Assembly (NCBI GenBank): GCA_002433895.1
Contig: DJJA01000003.1
Coordinates: forward strand, 376,881-440,880
Reading direction: 5' to 3'
DNA from: Candidatus Gottesmanbacteria bacterium UBA6580
Lineage (GTDB): Bacteria; Patescibacteriota; Microgenomatia; UBA10105; UBA927
Length of the DNA stretch: 64,000 bases
Under the pieces are notes generated by a model. That model did not search any database and was not told where the DNA came from. It saw only the letters and a list, made by a program, of their open reading frames with translations. Position numbers and translations under genes: made by a program. The first letter of the stretch is position 1. The number at the start of each line of letters is the position of its first letter. Below are positions 38,651-48,346 of this stretch, in pieces.

Positions 38651-38989
38651 CTATCTGTTATCACCTTCGCCGGATATGACACCGCGATTTTTCCTGTCTT
38701 CTACCTTTTTGGCGTTTTGGGTGGCGACTTCTTCGAGCCCTACACCCAACTCACTGGCGCATGCCGTGAGGTACCAAAGCACATCGCCCAATTCCTTGAT
38801 CATTTCTTTCCGTTTATCGGGAGTAAGAATCCCACCGGAATCGCGGATAAGTTTTTTGACTTTGTCGGCAACCTCACCCGCTTCTCCCGCAAGTCCAAGG
38901 GTGACGTACGCCACATTATTTCCCTGATTGGGGTATATAGCGGTCTTTTTGACAATATTCTGGAATTCTTCAAAATTCATAATGGTCAC
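38651..38989 (-). CDS. MazG-like nucleotide pyrophosphohydrolase
   Basis: LAGEAGEVADKVKK and ELGDVLWYL EExxE/D metal-binding helices. Confidence 0.75.
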   Translation of the reverse strand: MTIMNFEEFQNIVKKTAIYPNQGNNVAYVTLGLAGEAGEVADKVKKLIRDSGGILTPDKRKEMIKELGDVLWYLTACASELGVGLEEVATQNAKKVEDRKNRGVISGEGDNR

Positions 38990-39017
38990 TTTGTCACTTG
39001 GTTATTTTGTTAATTTG

Positions 39018-39848
39018 TTAACTGTTATTTAGTATATACAAATCCTGCCCATAGGTATTTATCCCGACATGTGTCGCCTTGCCTACCAATACTGCTTCGT
39101 ACGGTCGGCATGCACGGCATTCACCCTCGCGGCATTTGAAATGACCTAGCTTGCGGGCAAGCGCTACTTTACGTGCCAGTTCCAGTACTTTTTTCTCTGA
39201 AATTTCGCTATCCGGGATGTCCATGTCTACCGGCTCGTCATCCCGGTCGAGATACCAGTAGCTGATACCCGTGATCGGTTTGGTTTGGGTGTGGCTCGCG
39301 AGTAAATAATAAATAGGGAGTTGCAGAGATTCCGGGTCTTCATCAAATTTGCCGGTTTTAAAGTCGATAATGCGTACGCTGTCGGTGTCTTCTTTATATT
39401 CCAACCAATCTACTTTGCCGCAGAGTATAATATTGTCGTCCTCGGATAACCAATAGTAAGGAAGTTCCTGGCGGATTTTAATAGTTTTTTTAGCCAAGGG
39501 ACCGGGGTGCAGTGTCACTCGGTTGATCATATCTCGGGCTCTTGATTTAAATTTTTCTTCCTGTTCATTATCGGTGAATCCGCCTTTTTGCCCACTGACG
39601 TTTTCCCAGATTTTTTCAAATGTTTCCATGAGCGGGGCCGCAAAGCGCTCTTCTGTGGGAAGTTTAGATAGCATATCTATCGCGTCATGTACTGCCTGAC
39701 CCAGGGCGAGGGGGGGTTCCATCACCGAGATTTTTCTGTTCGTTTTGGGGTCTCGGTAGACGTTACGCAGGTAGTACGCCCGTGGGCATTTCAGGTAATC
39801 GCTGATAGAAGAGTGGGAGACCCATACCGCGGAATATTTGTCCTTCAT
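39018..39848 (-). CDS. PD-(D/E)XK nuclease with Cas4-like Fe-S cysteines (stand-alone)
   Basis: N-terminal CPRAYYL, core IIDFKTG...LQLPIYYLL, C-terminal CREGECRACRPY cysteine cluster. Confidence 0.7.
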   Translation of the reverse strand: MKDKYSAVWVSHSSISDYLKCPRAYYLRNVYRDPKTNRKISVMEPPLALGQAVHDAIDMLSKLPTEERFAAPLMETFEKIWENVSGQKGGFTDNEQEEKFKSRARDMINRVTLHPGPLAKKTIKIRQELPYYWLSEDDNIILCGKVDWLEYKEDTDSVRIIDFKTGKFDEDPESLQLPIYYLLASHTQTKPITGISYWYLDRDDEPVDMDIPDSEISEKKVLELARKVALARKLGHFKCREGECRACRPYEAVLVGKATHVGINTYGQDLYILNNS

Positions 39849-39851
39849 ATA

Positions 39852-40703
39852 TTATCGTATGAGAAAAATGCCGATCGTGGTGAGTATAGCACCAATGATT
39901 TTTTTGCCAATATGTGAGCGCTCTTTGAGAAATATCGCGCTCAGAATAACCGTAAGAATTATTGAAACCCGTCCGATTGCACTCAGCTGTGACACATACG
40001 TGCCGTATTGCAGTGGAAGATAAAACATGAGCGCCGCAAATGTATACAGCACGCCGTATATGACGAGGTTACGGTTAATTTTCCTGACGTCGTGCAGGAC
40101 TTTCCCAAATGATTTCGGGAATGATAACAGCAGTATAATGCCGATAATAAACGCGCCGACGGGGAGATACGAAATAGCGGTATATGATTTCAGGATAAAG
40201 GCGTCAAAAATAATCGCTGTGCCGAAGCACGCTGCTCCGCCGATCGCTTGCCATGCCCCGACACTTAATTGGAATTTATGTCTGTTGTAGTTGATGACAA
40301 CGACTGCCGCAAGGATAAATAATATTCCGACAATCTGAGCGCCACTCAAGCGCTCATTGAGGAATATGTAGGAGAGCGCGACACTGACGAGCGTGCCGGC
40401 ACTTCCCAGGATACTCATCTCTGAAGCCTCTATCGTTTTTATCGCGCGGAAGAAAAGTAAATTGCCGTACGCGTAAAGAAATCCGATGATAAAGAGGAAT
40501 AGCCAGACATTGGAAGGCGGCAGTGTGAAGCCGACAAAGTAAGCGACAATCCCTCCGACAATCGCGAGAAGAAATTCAAAAATAATCGATGAGGTGACAG
40601 GATCACTGTCACTTTTTTTCATCGCGAGTTTCTGAAATATCGCCGCGACCGAAAACCCTACGACATTGAGTGCGCCGAAAATTAACCAATGCATGTTGAT
40701 CAT
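39852..40703 (-). CDS. EamA/DMT family transporter
   Basis: Ten TM helices in two EamA repeats. Confidence 0.75.
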   Translation of the reverse strand: MINMHWLIFGALNVVGFSVAAIFQKLAMKKSDSDPVTSSIIFEFLLAIVGGIVAYFVGFTLPPSNVWLFLFIIGFLYAYGNLLFFRAIKTIEASEMSILGSAGTLVSVALSYIFLNERLSGAQIVGILFILAAVVVINYNRHKFQLSVGAWQAIGGAACFGTAIIFDAFILKSYTAISYLPVGAFIIGIILLLSFPKSFGKVLHDVRKINRNLVIYGVLYTFAALMFYLPLQYGTYVSQLSAIGRVSIILTVILSAIFLKERSHIGKKIIGAILTTIGIFLIR

Positions 40704-41797
40704 TATACGATATTGAGTGTTCGGGCGATGTAGCGAATATCCTTATCGCGGATATGAAATCCTAACGGGAGAAATAATACGCCGCGTTTGTTGCTCCAGG
40801 GCGCATCGGGAAATTTGAACCACACGAGAATATTTTTATCATGCAGTTCTTTTTCTATATTTTTTAGTTTTTCTGTGTCCCCGTGATGGCGGAAACCGAC
40901 GGGATATACATGGAGTTCCTGTTTGGCGGCTTCTGGGATAGCGATGGAGTACCAGAGGGAATTTTTGGAATACACGCCGCTAAGGAGCTGTTCATACAGC
41001 GCTACCTGATGATGTTTGCGTTGTTGTACTTTGGTAAAGTGAAAATGCTTGTGAATATGGGGGATGAGCGGGTTGCCCGCGTGCCCACTGTTACTGTCTC
41101 CGACGATATCATCGTGGATTTTCAGTGTTTTCTCATGCGCGTAGAGGATGAGCCTGGGATCGCGCGCAAGCGTGGCAGTTACAAGCAGCGCGCGGAAAAA
41201 GAGATACCACGCGTGCACGGAAAAACGGTATATCCATTCGCTTTTCTTGTTGCCGGGTGCCACAGCGGCACTCCCAGCTTTCCAATATATATAGCTTCCC
41301 GGCACGGGTGAAACTTTACGCAGGCTGTCGATAAGGTGGTGATTATCCCCAAAAAGCTTCACCTTGTCGGGTTCTACGAGACGATGCACAGCATCTTCTA
41401 TGACGATAGTGTTTGGATTGCTATGCACCAGTTTTTTTATGTTAGATGTGTCTATACATGGTAGCCCGCACGCGTGAAATAAGATGATAACCGCGGGCGT
41501 ATGGGTTTGGATATGTTTATTGAGTGCTGATATGTTTACCCGAAAATTATCATCAACCGGATAATGTACCGGGCGGAATCCGTGATTTCTGATATTGATG
41601 ATGACATCCATGCAGTAAAAATCAGGGACGAGAATGACCGCATGCTCCGGGATGTTTTTGTTTTTTAAAAGTACCCAGAGCGCGTCTTCAAACGACAAAA
41701 AATAAGCGCGCTGCAGATCGCTTGGTAGCATGTTTGGTGTAAAGGTAAGAAACGGCAATAAAAATGGTTGGTAATAGTTGATCATAAGAAATAACAA
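40703..41797 (-). CDS. DegT/DnrJ/EryC1/StrS aminotransferase family-like protein
   Basis: ILVPDFYCMDVI N-terminal pattern and C-terminal LPLGFHIRDKDIRYIARTL pattern; conserved Lys context weak. Confidence 0.5.
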   Translation of the reverse strand: MLFLMINYYQPFLLPFLTFTPNMLPSDLQRAYFLSFEDALWVLLKNKNIPEHAVILVPDFYCMDVIINIRNHGFRPVHYPVDDNFRVNISALNKHIQTHTPAVIILFHACGLPCIDTSNIKKLVHSNPNTIVIEDAVHRLVEPDKVKLFGDNHHLIDSLRKVSPVPGSYIYWKAGSAAVAPGNKKSEWIYRFSVHAWYLFFRALLVTATLARDPRLILYAHEKTLKIHDDIVGDSNSGHAGNPLIPHIHKHFHFTKVQQRKHHQVALYEQLLSGVYSKNSLWYSIAIPEAAKQELHVYPVGFRHHGDTEKLKNIEKELHDKNILVWFKFPDAPWSNKRGVLFLPLGFHIRDKDIRYIARTLNIV

Positions 41798-41814
41798 AAA
41801 GAACCGCGGTATCG

Positions 41815-42762
41815 TTAGCTGGTCTTCGGAGGAGGGGGAGGGGGGACAGTGAAGTGATCGACGATAGTGAGGAACCCGTTGGTATCGACATGCCCGCCGA
41901 TAAATCCGGCGTTATCTTTGTTATTTACCAATTCTTTGAGTGGTTGCTGTCCGTTTTCCAGTGTTGCGACGTATCCGCACAGCTCCATAAATTTCCAGTC
42001 ACTCGTGCTGTCCCCAACGCTTAATGTATCTTTGGCGTCTATTCCCAGATGGGAAAGCACATTGAGTGTGGCTTGGCGTTTGGATACGTTTTTTGGCGCG
42101 ATATTACAAAACTGATGGGGATTGGCGATGGGATGAATACTCCATGTGGTTTCTATCGAACCGAGAAATGGGGCAAGTACTTCGGTTACTTTTTGTATGC
42201 CTGACTCGTCCGGTACGATGGGGAGGATTTTAAATATCTCCTGATTTTCCGCGATTTCCTCCAGTGAATCGACGAGTATCGGCGGCTGTTGGAGTATATG
42301 CGTATGCACCTCGGTAAGTTTGGATTCCTGATGTTTTAGCACATAATATGCGTCACGGGTATAGAGCTCCATATAAAAGTTACCCGCGATACACGCGCTC
42401 AAGACACGTTGCGCGAGGGATGAGGGTATCGGGTGGGATTCTACGATTTTGTTTTGCAAGGGATCGATGACGATGCCCCCGGCAAACGTGATGTGCGGGT
42501 TAGTGAGTTTGGCAGATTCGATGATGGGGGTAATTGAGTAATGCGGTTTGGCGGTACAAAGCACCACGGGGATGCCACTATTTTTTATCGCGGCAAGACG
42601 ACTGATGACGTCAGGATGAGGATACGGCGTATTGTAACCGATTTTTTCTCCGACGATGACGCCGTCTATATCGATGACGAGTGCTTTGATCACAACCCTG
42701 ATTATAACAAAAGCAGCGGAAAGGTATTTTACAAACGGAAAAATAGTAGTATAGTGATACAA
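41815..42762 (-). CDS. HAD-IIB (Cof-like) hydrolase
   Basis: LVIDIDGV motif I, GDSTSD motif IV; track start is TTG, a GTG at 42696 (MIKALVIDIDG) may be the true start; polyproline C-terminus from a G-rich tract. Confidence 0.7.
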   Translation of the reverse strand: MYHYTTIFPFVKYLSAAFVIIRVVIKALVIDIDGVIVGEKIGYNTPYPHPDVISRLAAIKNSGIPVVLCTAKPHYSITPIIESAKLTNPHITFAGGIVIDPLQNKIVESHPIPSSLAQRVLSACIAGNFYMELYTRDAYYVLKHQESKLTEVHTHILQQPPILVDSLEEIAENQEIFKILPIVPDESGIQKVTEVLAPFLGSIETTWSIHPIANPHQFCNIAPKNVSKRQATLNVLSHLGIDAKDTLSVGDSTSDWKFMELCGYVATLENGQQPLKELVNNKDNAGFIGGHVDTNGFLTIVDHFTVPPPPPPKTS

Positions 42763-42787
42763 AGTCGCTGCCCCAAAACTTTATTGA

Positions 42788-43513
42788 ATGAGAGAAGCGT
42801 ATACGAAGCCACCTGAGTCGCGGGAACACGAACTGCAAAAACCATTTCAGATTACCGTCATCGGTGCCGCGTGTTCGGGGAAATCAACACTCCTCCGGTC
42901 GCTGGAGGATAGCGGATTTACCGTACATACCGAACCGGATAATCCGGTGTTTCCGTTATTTTTGGAAAACCCCAAAAAGTTTGCGTTCCAAAATCAGCTG
43001 CATAAAACGACACAGCTCATGCAGCTTGAAATTCTGGATACCAAAACAGACGGGCTTACTGACCCGCATTTCCGCGAAAGCGGCGTGCTTGCGACCGACA
43101 TCTACAACCGGTATCTCCACGATCAGAAGTTGATGACCGATGATCAGTTTTCGTATTTGCAGTGGCTGTACGAGCATCACATGTCATCGTTTCCCAAGCC
43201 TGATCTCGTGGTATATCTCCACGCAGATGACGGCACGATTAAAGACCGGGCGCTCAAGCGGGACGGGTTAGTGGCGCACGACCCGCACGAATTACAACCA
43301 TATTGGGACAGGCTTATCGCAGATTTGGAAAAAAGGGATATCCCTGTATTTCGAGTAAACACGGGAGTTCATCAGGTGAAAGAATCACAGGAGCTGATTT
43401 TGGGCGAAGTGGAGCGGTTGAAAAAAGTGCCGGAGATTGCTGAAAGCACCGATGACATTGGGGGTGTATATGCGTACCGCAGTGTCCGTCTTGAAGTCAC
43501 CCTTCCTCAATAG
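42788..43513 (+). CDS. Deoxynucleoside kinase
   Basis: P-loop IGAACSGKST, RESGV (ERS-like) motif, LID region. Confidence 0.75.
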   Translation: MREAYTKPPESREHELQKPFQITVIGAACSGKSTLLRSLEDSGFTVHTEPDNPVFPLFLENPKKFAFQNQLHKTTQLMQLEILDTKTDGLTDPHFRESGVLATDIYNRYLHDQKLMTDDQFSYLQWLYEHHMSSFPKPDLVVYLHADDGTIKDRALKRDGLVAHDPHELQPYWDRLIADLEKRDIPVFRVNTGVHQVKESQELILGEVERLKKVPEIAESTDDIGGVYAYRSVRLEVTLPQ

Positions 43514-43548
43514 TTTTCCCCGATTGTAAGAAATGCTACATTACATGT

Positions 43549-44085
43549 ATGAAATATGTAGCACTCCTCCGTGGTATAAATGTCGGCGGCAATACATTGA
43601 TTAAGATGGCAGACCTCAAGGCGGCGGTTAAAAAAGCAGGATTTACCAACGTTATGACGTATATCGCCAGCGGCAATTTGCTCTTTGAAACGAAAGAAAC
43701 GGGTGCTGCGGCTATAGAAAAAACACTTGAGCAGGTGATACACCAAACATTCCATTTACCCGTGCGGGTAGTGGTTCTTAACGACAAACAATACAAGAAG
43801 GTGCTGGATGATGTACCGGAAAGTTGGAAAACTCGTGGTGATATCCGCTGCTACATAGCATTTCTCAAGCGACCGACTACAGCGGCGCAAGTCATGAAAG
43901 AAGTTCAACCCAAAGAAGGTATTGATGTGATCACCCCGGGTACGGGTGCCGTGTATATGGCGACTTTGCTTTCCGGGTTAACCAAAAGCGGAATAAATAA
44001 AATTATTGGGAAGAAAATTTATCAGGATATGACAATGCGGAACTACAACACGTCAAAAAAGTTGTTGGAGCTTCTGGAGAAATAA
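43549..44085 (+). CDS. DUF1697 domain protein
   Basis: MKYVALLRGINVGGNTLIKMADLK signature N-terminus. Confidence 0.7.
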   Translation: MKYVALLRGINVGGNTLIKMADLKAAVKKAGFTNVMTYIASGNLLFETKETGAAAIEKTLEQVIHQTFHLPVRVVVLNDKQYKKVLDDVPESWKTRGDIRCYIAFLKRPTTAAQVMKEVQPKEGIDVITPGTGAVYMATLLSGLTKSGINKIIGKKIYQDMTMRNYNTSKKLLELLEK

Positions 44086-44091
44086 GCAGGG

Positions 44092-44580
44092 TTACGATAT
44101 TTCTATAATGGTGAACGTTTTGGTGCCCGATGGTGCCTGAAATTCCACCACATCATTCATCCGTTTTCCTAAAATCGCGTGGCCAAGCGGGGAAATATGT
44201 GAAATAGATTTTTGGCCGGGATTGGATTCATAGCCGCCAACGATGGTGTACTCATATTCACGGGCTGCATCTTTGAGCTTTACCGTGCTACCTATTTGTA
44301 CCGTGCCGTCATTTACGGAGGAAACAATTTTGGCAAGCTTTATAAGCCGGGTGACACGGCGCAGTCTGCCGTCGATAAAATTCAGTTGCTGCCGCGAGGC
44401 TTTATAGTACCCGTTTTCAGAAAGATCACCCATCTCACGCGCCTTTTTGAGGTGGTCAACTGCCTCGGGCCGCTTAGCTTCTAATTCCGCTTTTTCGGCG
44501 ACAATCTTGTCATAACCCACCTGCGTAAAAGGGATACGTGGCTCTTTGCGGTTGAGGAGAAATTTTGCGATCTTTACCAT
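44092..44580 (-). CDS. greA: Transcription elongation factor GreA
   Basis: N-terminal coiled coil with GDLSENGYYKA, C-terminal FKBP-like domain. Confidence 0.9.
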   Translation of the reverse strand: MVKIAKFLLNRKEPRIPFTQVGYDKIVAEKAELEAKRPEAVDHLKKAREMGDLSENGYYKASRQQLNFIDGRLRRVTRLIKLAKIVSSVNDGTVQIGSTVKLKDAAREYEYTIVGGYESNPGQKSISHISPLGHAILGKRMNDVVEFQAPSGTKTFTIIEIS

Positions 44581-44581
44581 G

Positions 44582-44652
44582 CTGCGGGACTAGGATTCGA
44601 ACCTAGATAAGCAGATTCAGAGTCTGCTGTACTACCATTATACGATCCCGCA
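44582..44652 (-). tRNA. tRNA-Gln (anticodon CTG), no encoded CCA
   Basis: Cloverleaf: U1-A72 acceptor UGCGGGA/UCCCGCA, discriminator G, anticodon loop CUCUGAA, T arm CUAGGUUCGAAUCCUAG. Confidence 0.8.
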
Positions 44653-44744
44653 TGTAGGGGTATTATACCTCAATTTAGCCTTATGGTGGTACTCACGGTG
44701 ATTGCGCTATAAATACACGATTATTGCGTTAGATGGGGCTACGT

Positions 44745-45035
44745 ATGGTAGAGAAAAACAAACGACAACGAAGATTTAGTGATGCAGTGAGGCTACAAAA
44801 AGCAGGAATTACTGTAAGTACCCGAGATTTAGCCCAGGCAACAGGCAGTGACGAGCGTGACCTCGAAGGGATACTTGTGGCGCAGGATTCACCTGCTTTA
44901 CGGGCGGTTACCGAGGGGAGAGAGCGACGTCTCGTCCGTATGTCCGGAATGGGTGATAATGACGGCGGCACTATTGGATTTGCCTTATTGGTAGAAGATA
45001 TAAAGAAACTATTCGCTAAGTTTAGAAAGAAATAA
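44745..45035 (+). CDS. Hypothetical small basic protein (possible HTH)
   Basis: ORF with weak RBS; ITVSTRDLAQATGSDERDLEGIL helix-turn-helix-like segment; no family recognised. Confidence 0.35.
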   Translation: MVEKNKRQRRFSDAVRLQKAGITVSTRDLAQATGSDERDLEGILVAQDSPALRAVTEGRERRLVRMSGMGDNDGGTIGFALLVEDIKKLFAKFRKK

Positions 45036-45055
45036 TACGTTATACTGAGTAGAGT

Positions 45056-45313
45056 ATGTTAGTTGCTCACGTTGTTATTTCCTTTACGAGTTTAGTTATC
45101 GCATCACTCACTGCCCTTACTCCAACAAAACAAAAACTTTTTATTACCTATATCACTACCGTGGGGACACTGGTGAGTGGCGTATTGTTGATGGTTTTTG
45201 AAACAGTTCCGGTATCGCGGGTTTGTATAAGCGGCGGGGCTTTTCTCGCATCGGTTATAGCTTTGACTGTTATCGCTAAATGGAGACTTACTTCGAAAGC
45301 CAAGCTTTACTAA
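45056..45313 (+). CDS. Small membrane protein (3 TM)
   Basis: 85-aa hydrophobic ORF between the small basic ORF and the helicase. Confidence 0.4.
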   Translation: MLVAHVVISFTSLVIASLTALTPTKQKLFITYITTVGTLVSGVLLMVFETVPVSRVCISGGAFLASVIALTVIAKWRLTSKAKLY

Positions 45314-45332
45314 CGTTTTTCCCTCCACTATA

Positions 45333-46517
45333 GTGAGGTTCCGTATGCCACAACTATCTCGTGACCAAAAAACCGCGTTAGAACATGTATTGGAGTGGTA
45401 CCGCAAAGACAGGCAAGCGATGCAGTATGTGACACTAGGGGGTTACGCGGGGACGGGTAAGACCACGCTCATCGGCGTCATCCGGCGTGAACTTCACAAG
45501 ATTGATCCGGGGCTAAAGGTAGGGTTTGTAAGCTTTACCGGCAAAGCCGCACGGGTACTGCAGAGTAAGATAAAAGAAGCTGATGTCATGTATAAGCAGG
45601 ACAGTGTGGGTACTATTCACTCGCTTATCTACACCCCGGTGCTTAACGATAGGGAAGAAATCATCGGGTGGAAAACGAAAGATACCATTGACCGCAACCT
45701 CATCATTATCGATGAGGGCTCGATGGTAGATAGAACGATATGGGAGCATCTCGTGTCATACCGGGTGCCGATGATTGTGGTGGGAGATCACGGGCAGTTG
45801 CCGCCGATAAGCGGAAACTTTACCCTCATGCAGACACCACAATTGCGGTTAGAAGAAATTCACCGGCAGGCGCGGCAAAATCCCATTATTGCACTTTCTA
45901 TCGAGGCGCGGGAAAAGGGGATGATTACCGCGGGCCGTTACTCGAGCCATGTGATTAAGTACGATCGCGACGATCCCGAAACGGGCGAAGTGATGAGCGA
46001 AATGCTGACTAACTACAACGCCAAAACGCTCATCCTGTGCGGGTACAATAAGACGAGAAAGCGGCTCAACGCGTTTATCCGTAATGCTTTGGGATTTGAA
46101 AGTCCCGCGCCCGTGGCCGGTGACCGGGTTATTTGTCTCCGGAACAATCACAAAGCAAAAATCTACAATGGTATGTTGGGAACAATTCTTGAAATTGCGC
46201 CAAAAAATCATCAGGCGTATGAAGTAGAGATCGAAATAGACGGGGAGCGCGATACGTACAAAGGGCTTATCGCTATCGATCAGTTTGACGCCGATACGGC
46301 ACTTAATTTCACCGAAAATAGACGATTATTTAACGGCATTGACTTATTTGACTTCGGCTACTCGCTTACCGTGCACAAAGCACAGGGATCACAAGCCAAG
46401 CGCGTGATACTTTTTGAAGAACGGTTTTCCAAAATGACAGATGACCAGTGGAAGCGCTGGCTCTATACCGCAGTGACCAGAGCGGAAGAGGAGCTCTATA
46501 TCTTTCCATCTCCATAA
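45333..46517 (+). CDS. Dda/RecD-like SF1B DNA helicase (short form)
   Basis: Walker A GYAGTGKTT, Walker B LIIIDEGSM, motif III VVGDHGQLPPI, motif VI-like VHKAQGSQ...AVTRAEEEL. Confidence 0.8.
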   Translation: MRFRMPQLSRDQKTALEHVLEWYRKDRQAMQYVTLGGYAGTGKTTLIGVIRRELHKIDPGLKVGFVSFTGKAARVLQSKIKEADVMYKQDSVGTIHSLIYTPVLNDREEIIGWKTKDTIDRNLIIIDEGSMVDRTIWEHLVSYRVPMIVVGDHGQLPPISGNFTLMQTPQLRLEEIHRQARQNPIIALSIEAREKGMITAGRYSSHVIKYDRDDPETGEVMSEMLTNYNAKTLILCGYNKTRKRLNAFIRNALGFESPAPVAGDRVICLRNNHKAKIYNGMLGTILEIAPKNHQAYEVEIEIDGERDTYKGLIAIDQFDADTALNFTENRRLFNGIDLFDFGYSLTVHKAQGSQAKRVILFEERFSKMTDDQWKRWLYTAVTRAEEELYIFPSP

Positions 46518-46533
46518 CGTATACTTTGGGGGT

Positions 46534-47109
46534 ATGCCACAACCACAACTCGAAGCTAAATATGTCAAAAGTATCAATGGTACCGATGACATCATCAAAG
46601 ATAACCGGCTCAAGGTGACCTTTTTGGGTCGCTCCAATGTGGGCAAATCCAGCCTGATCAATTCACTGGTGGGGAAGCCGCTCGCCCGCTCCAGTAGTAG
46701 GCCGGGCAAAACAGTGAAGCTCGATTTTTTCCTCGTGGAACAGCGGCTCTTTTTTGTCGATTTGCCCGGTTACGGTTTTGCCAAACGGAGTAAAGAAGCC
46801 CTTGAGCATTACCGCAAACTTATCGCCTGGTATTTGTTCCGGTCAGAGGTAAATCATAAAATCGCGGTGCTTATTATTGACGCGAAAATAGGGCTGACCG
46901 ATTACGACCGGGAGTCGATCAACTTACTTACCGATCATCGGATACCGTTTATCGTGGTCGCCAACAAAGTAGATAAGCTCAAGATGGGTGAGCGCCACAA
47001 ACAGCTTGAATTTATCCGTGAAGAAATGGGTGGGTTACCCCTCGTTGTGTACTCATCGCACACGCTGGAAGGTAGGGGAGAGCTACTCAATATCATTATG
47101 GGAAAATGA
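46534..47109 (+). CDS. engB: Ribosome biogenesis GTP-binding protein YihA/EngB
   Basis: G1 GRSNVGKSSLIN, G3 DLPGYG, G4 NKVD. Confidence 0.9.
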   Translation: MPQPQLEAKYVKSINGTDDIIKDNRLKVTFLGRSNVGKSSLINSLVGKPLARSSSRPGKTVKLDFFLVEQRLFFVDLPGYGFAKRSKEALEHYRKLIAWYLFRSEVNHKIAVLIIDAKIGLTDYDRESINLLTDHRIPFIVVANKVDKLKMGERHKQLEFIREEMGGLPLVVYSSHTLEGRGELLNIIMGK

Positions 47110-47633
47110 GCGCCATGACTTCAGGTGATATAAAAATCATAAACGATATGTCTGCTTCGCTCCTCGTTATGCGCGAAGCGGGTAAATGGCTCAAAGATAG
47201 CGGAAAAAATCCAAATAAATGGTGGCAGTTACAGAACCTTACGCCGGAGTTTTTGCTTCAATTTGTTACGGCGGAAGAATTTTATGTAGTGACGATAAAC
47301 GGCGCTCCGGCAGCTTCCGCGGTATTACAAATTACCGATAGTAATCAGTGGGAATTTATTGATGGCAATACGCCGCTCAAGGCGCTGTATATCCACTGGG
47401 TATGCGTATCCCGGCAGTTTGCCGGCAGAGGTTTGCCAACACTACTTATAAAACACGCAGAGAAGCTAGCGCAGGCAGCTCATGTGGCGTTCATGCGGGT
47501 AGACACCAACGCGGATGAGCCAAAGTTACGGCGTATATATGAATCGAACGGGTTTACGTTGGTAAAAGTATTAAATGAAGGATACCGTAACACTGCGTAT
47601 TTTCAAAAAACGCTGGCAAAACAAGAGAAGTAG
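47106..47633 (+). CDS. GNAT family N-acetyltransferase
   Basis: Acetyl-CoA binding motif RQFAGRGLPTLL; GNAT fold length. Confidence 0.7.
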   Translation: MSAMTSGDIKIINDMSASLLVMREAGKWLKDSGKNPNKWWQLQNLTPEFLLQFVTAEEFYVVTINGAPAASAVLQITDSNQWEFIDGNTPLKALYIHWVCVSRQFAGRGLPTLLIKHAEKLAQAAHVAFMRVDTNADEPKLRRIYESNGFTLVKVLNEGYRNTAYFQKTLAKQEK

Positions 47634-47651
47634 TGATACGTATGTAAATAT

Positions 47652-48344
47652 ATGACTGTTAAGTTATTGTCATGGAATATTTGGGGAGGAAAGTTTTTAC
47701 CTGGAGTTGCCGACTTTCTTACCGCATCGAACGCAGACATTATCGCGCTGCAGGAGGTGGAGGAGCAGGATGACGGCAACAATACGGCGCAGTATATAGC
47801 CGGTAAACTCGGATACACGCACGCGTACGCGCGCTCAATGCGGTACAACAATAAGGGCAAAGATGTGTACCGCGGTAACGCGGTGCTGAGTAAATATCCG
47901 ATCATTGATCACACAATCCATGTGTTATCCCGGGATCAGTCGCGCACCGCGGTACAGGCGGACATTGATGTTGGGGGGAGCGTGCTTCATGTGTTTTCGG
48001 TGCACATTATCCATTCGCATCAACAGCCATCGCCCATACAGGTTGAGCAGGTCACCAGCTTAATACACGCAGCACCCAAACAGCGAACGGTTATTATGGG
48101 TGATTTTAACGCGGTCCCGGAAAGTGAGGCGATCAGGATTATGCGCAAGTCTTTTACCGATCCTGATACATCTGATACACCGTCGTGGTGTCTGTATCCT
48201 GATGGGTGTAGCGTGTGTAAACCAGAACGCGTGGAGTGGAAGCTTGATTATGTTTTCACTACCGATGATATTGCCGCCAAAGATTTCAGGGCAGAAACGT
48301 CCGAAGCTTCCGACCATCTGCCCATAAGTGTTGTAGTTGGATAA
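47652..48344 (+). CDS. Endonuclease/exonuclease/phosphatase (EEP) family protein
   Basis: WNIWGG..., IIALQEV, GDFN, SDHLP motifs. Confidence 0.8.
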   Translation: MTVKLLSWNIWGGKFLPGVADFLTASNADIIALQEVEEQDDGNNTAQYIAGKLGYTHAYARSMRYNNKGKDVYRGNAVLSKYPIIDHTIHVLSRDQSRTAVQADIDVGGSVLHVFSVHIIHSHQQPSPIQVEQVTSLIHAAPKQRTVIMGDFNAVPESEAIRIMRKSFTDPDTSDTPSWCLYPDGCSVCKPERVEWKLDYVFTTDDIAAKDFRAETSEASDHLPISVVVG

Positions 48345-48346
48345 TC

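Noticed and set aside
41829-41845. G-rich tract ggagggggaggggggac as possible phase-variable homopolymer
   Set aside because: Not a pure homopolymer (runs of 5 and 6 G). It lies 12-30 nt from the HAD gene stop, so slippage would alter only the last few residues (PPPPPP tail).
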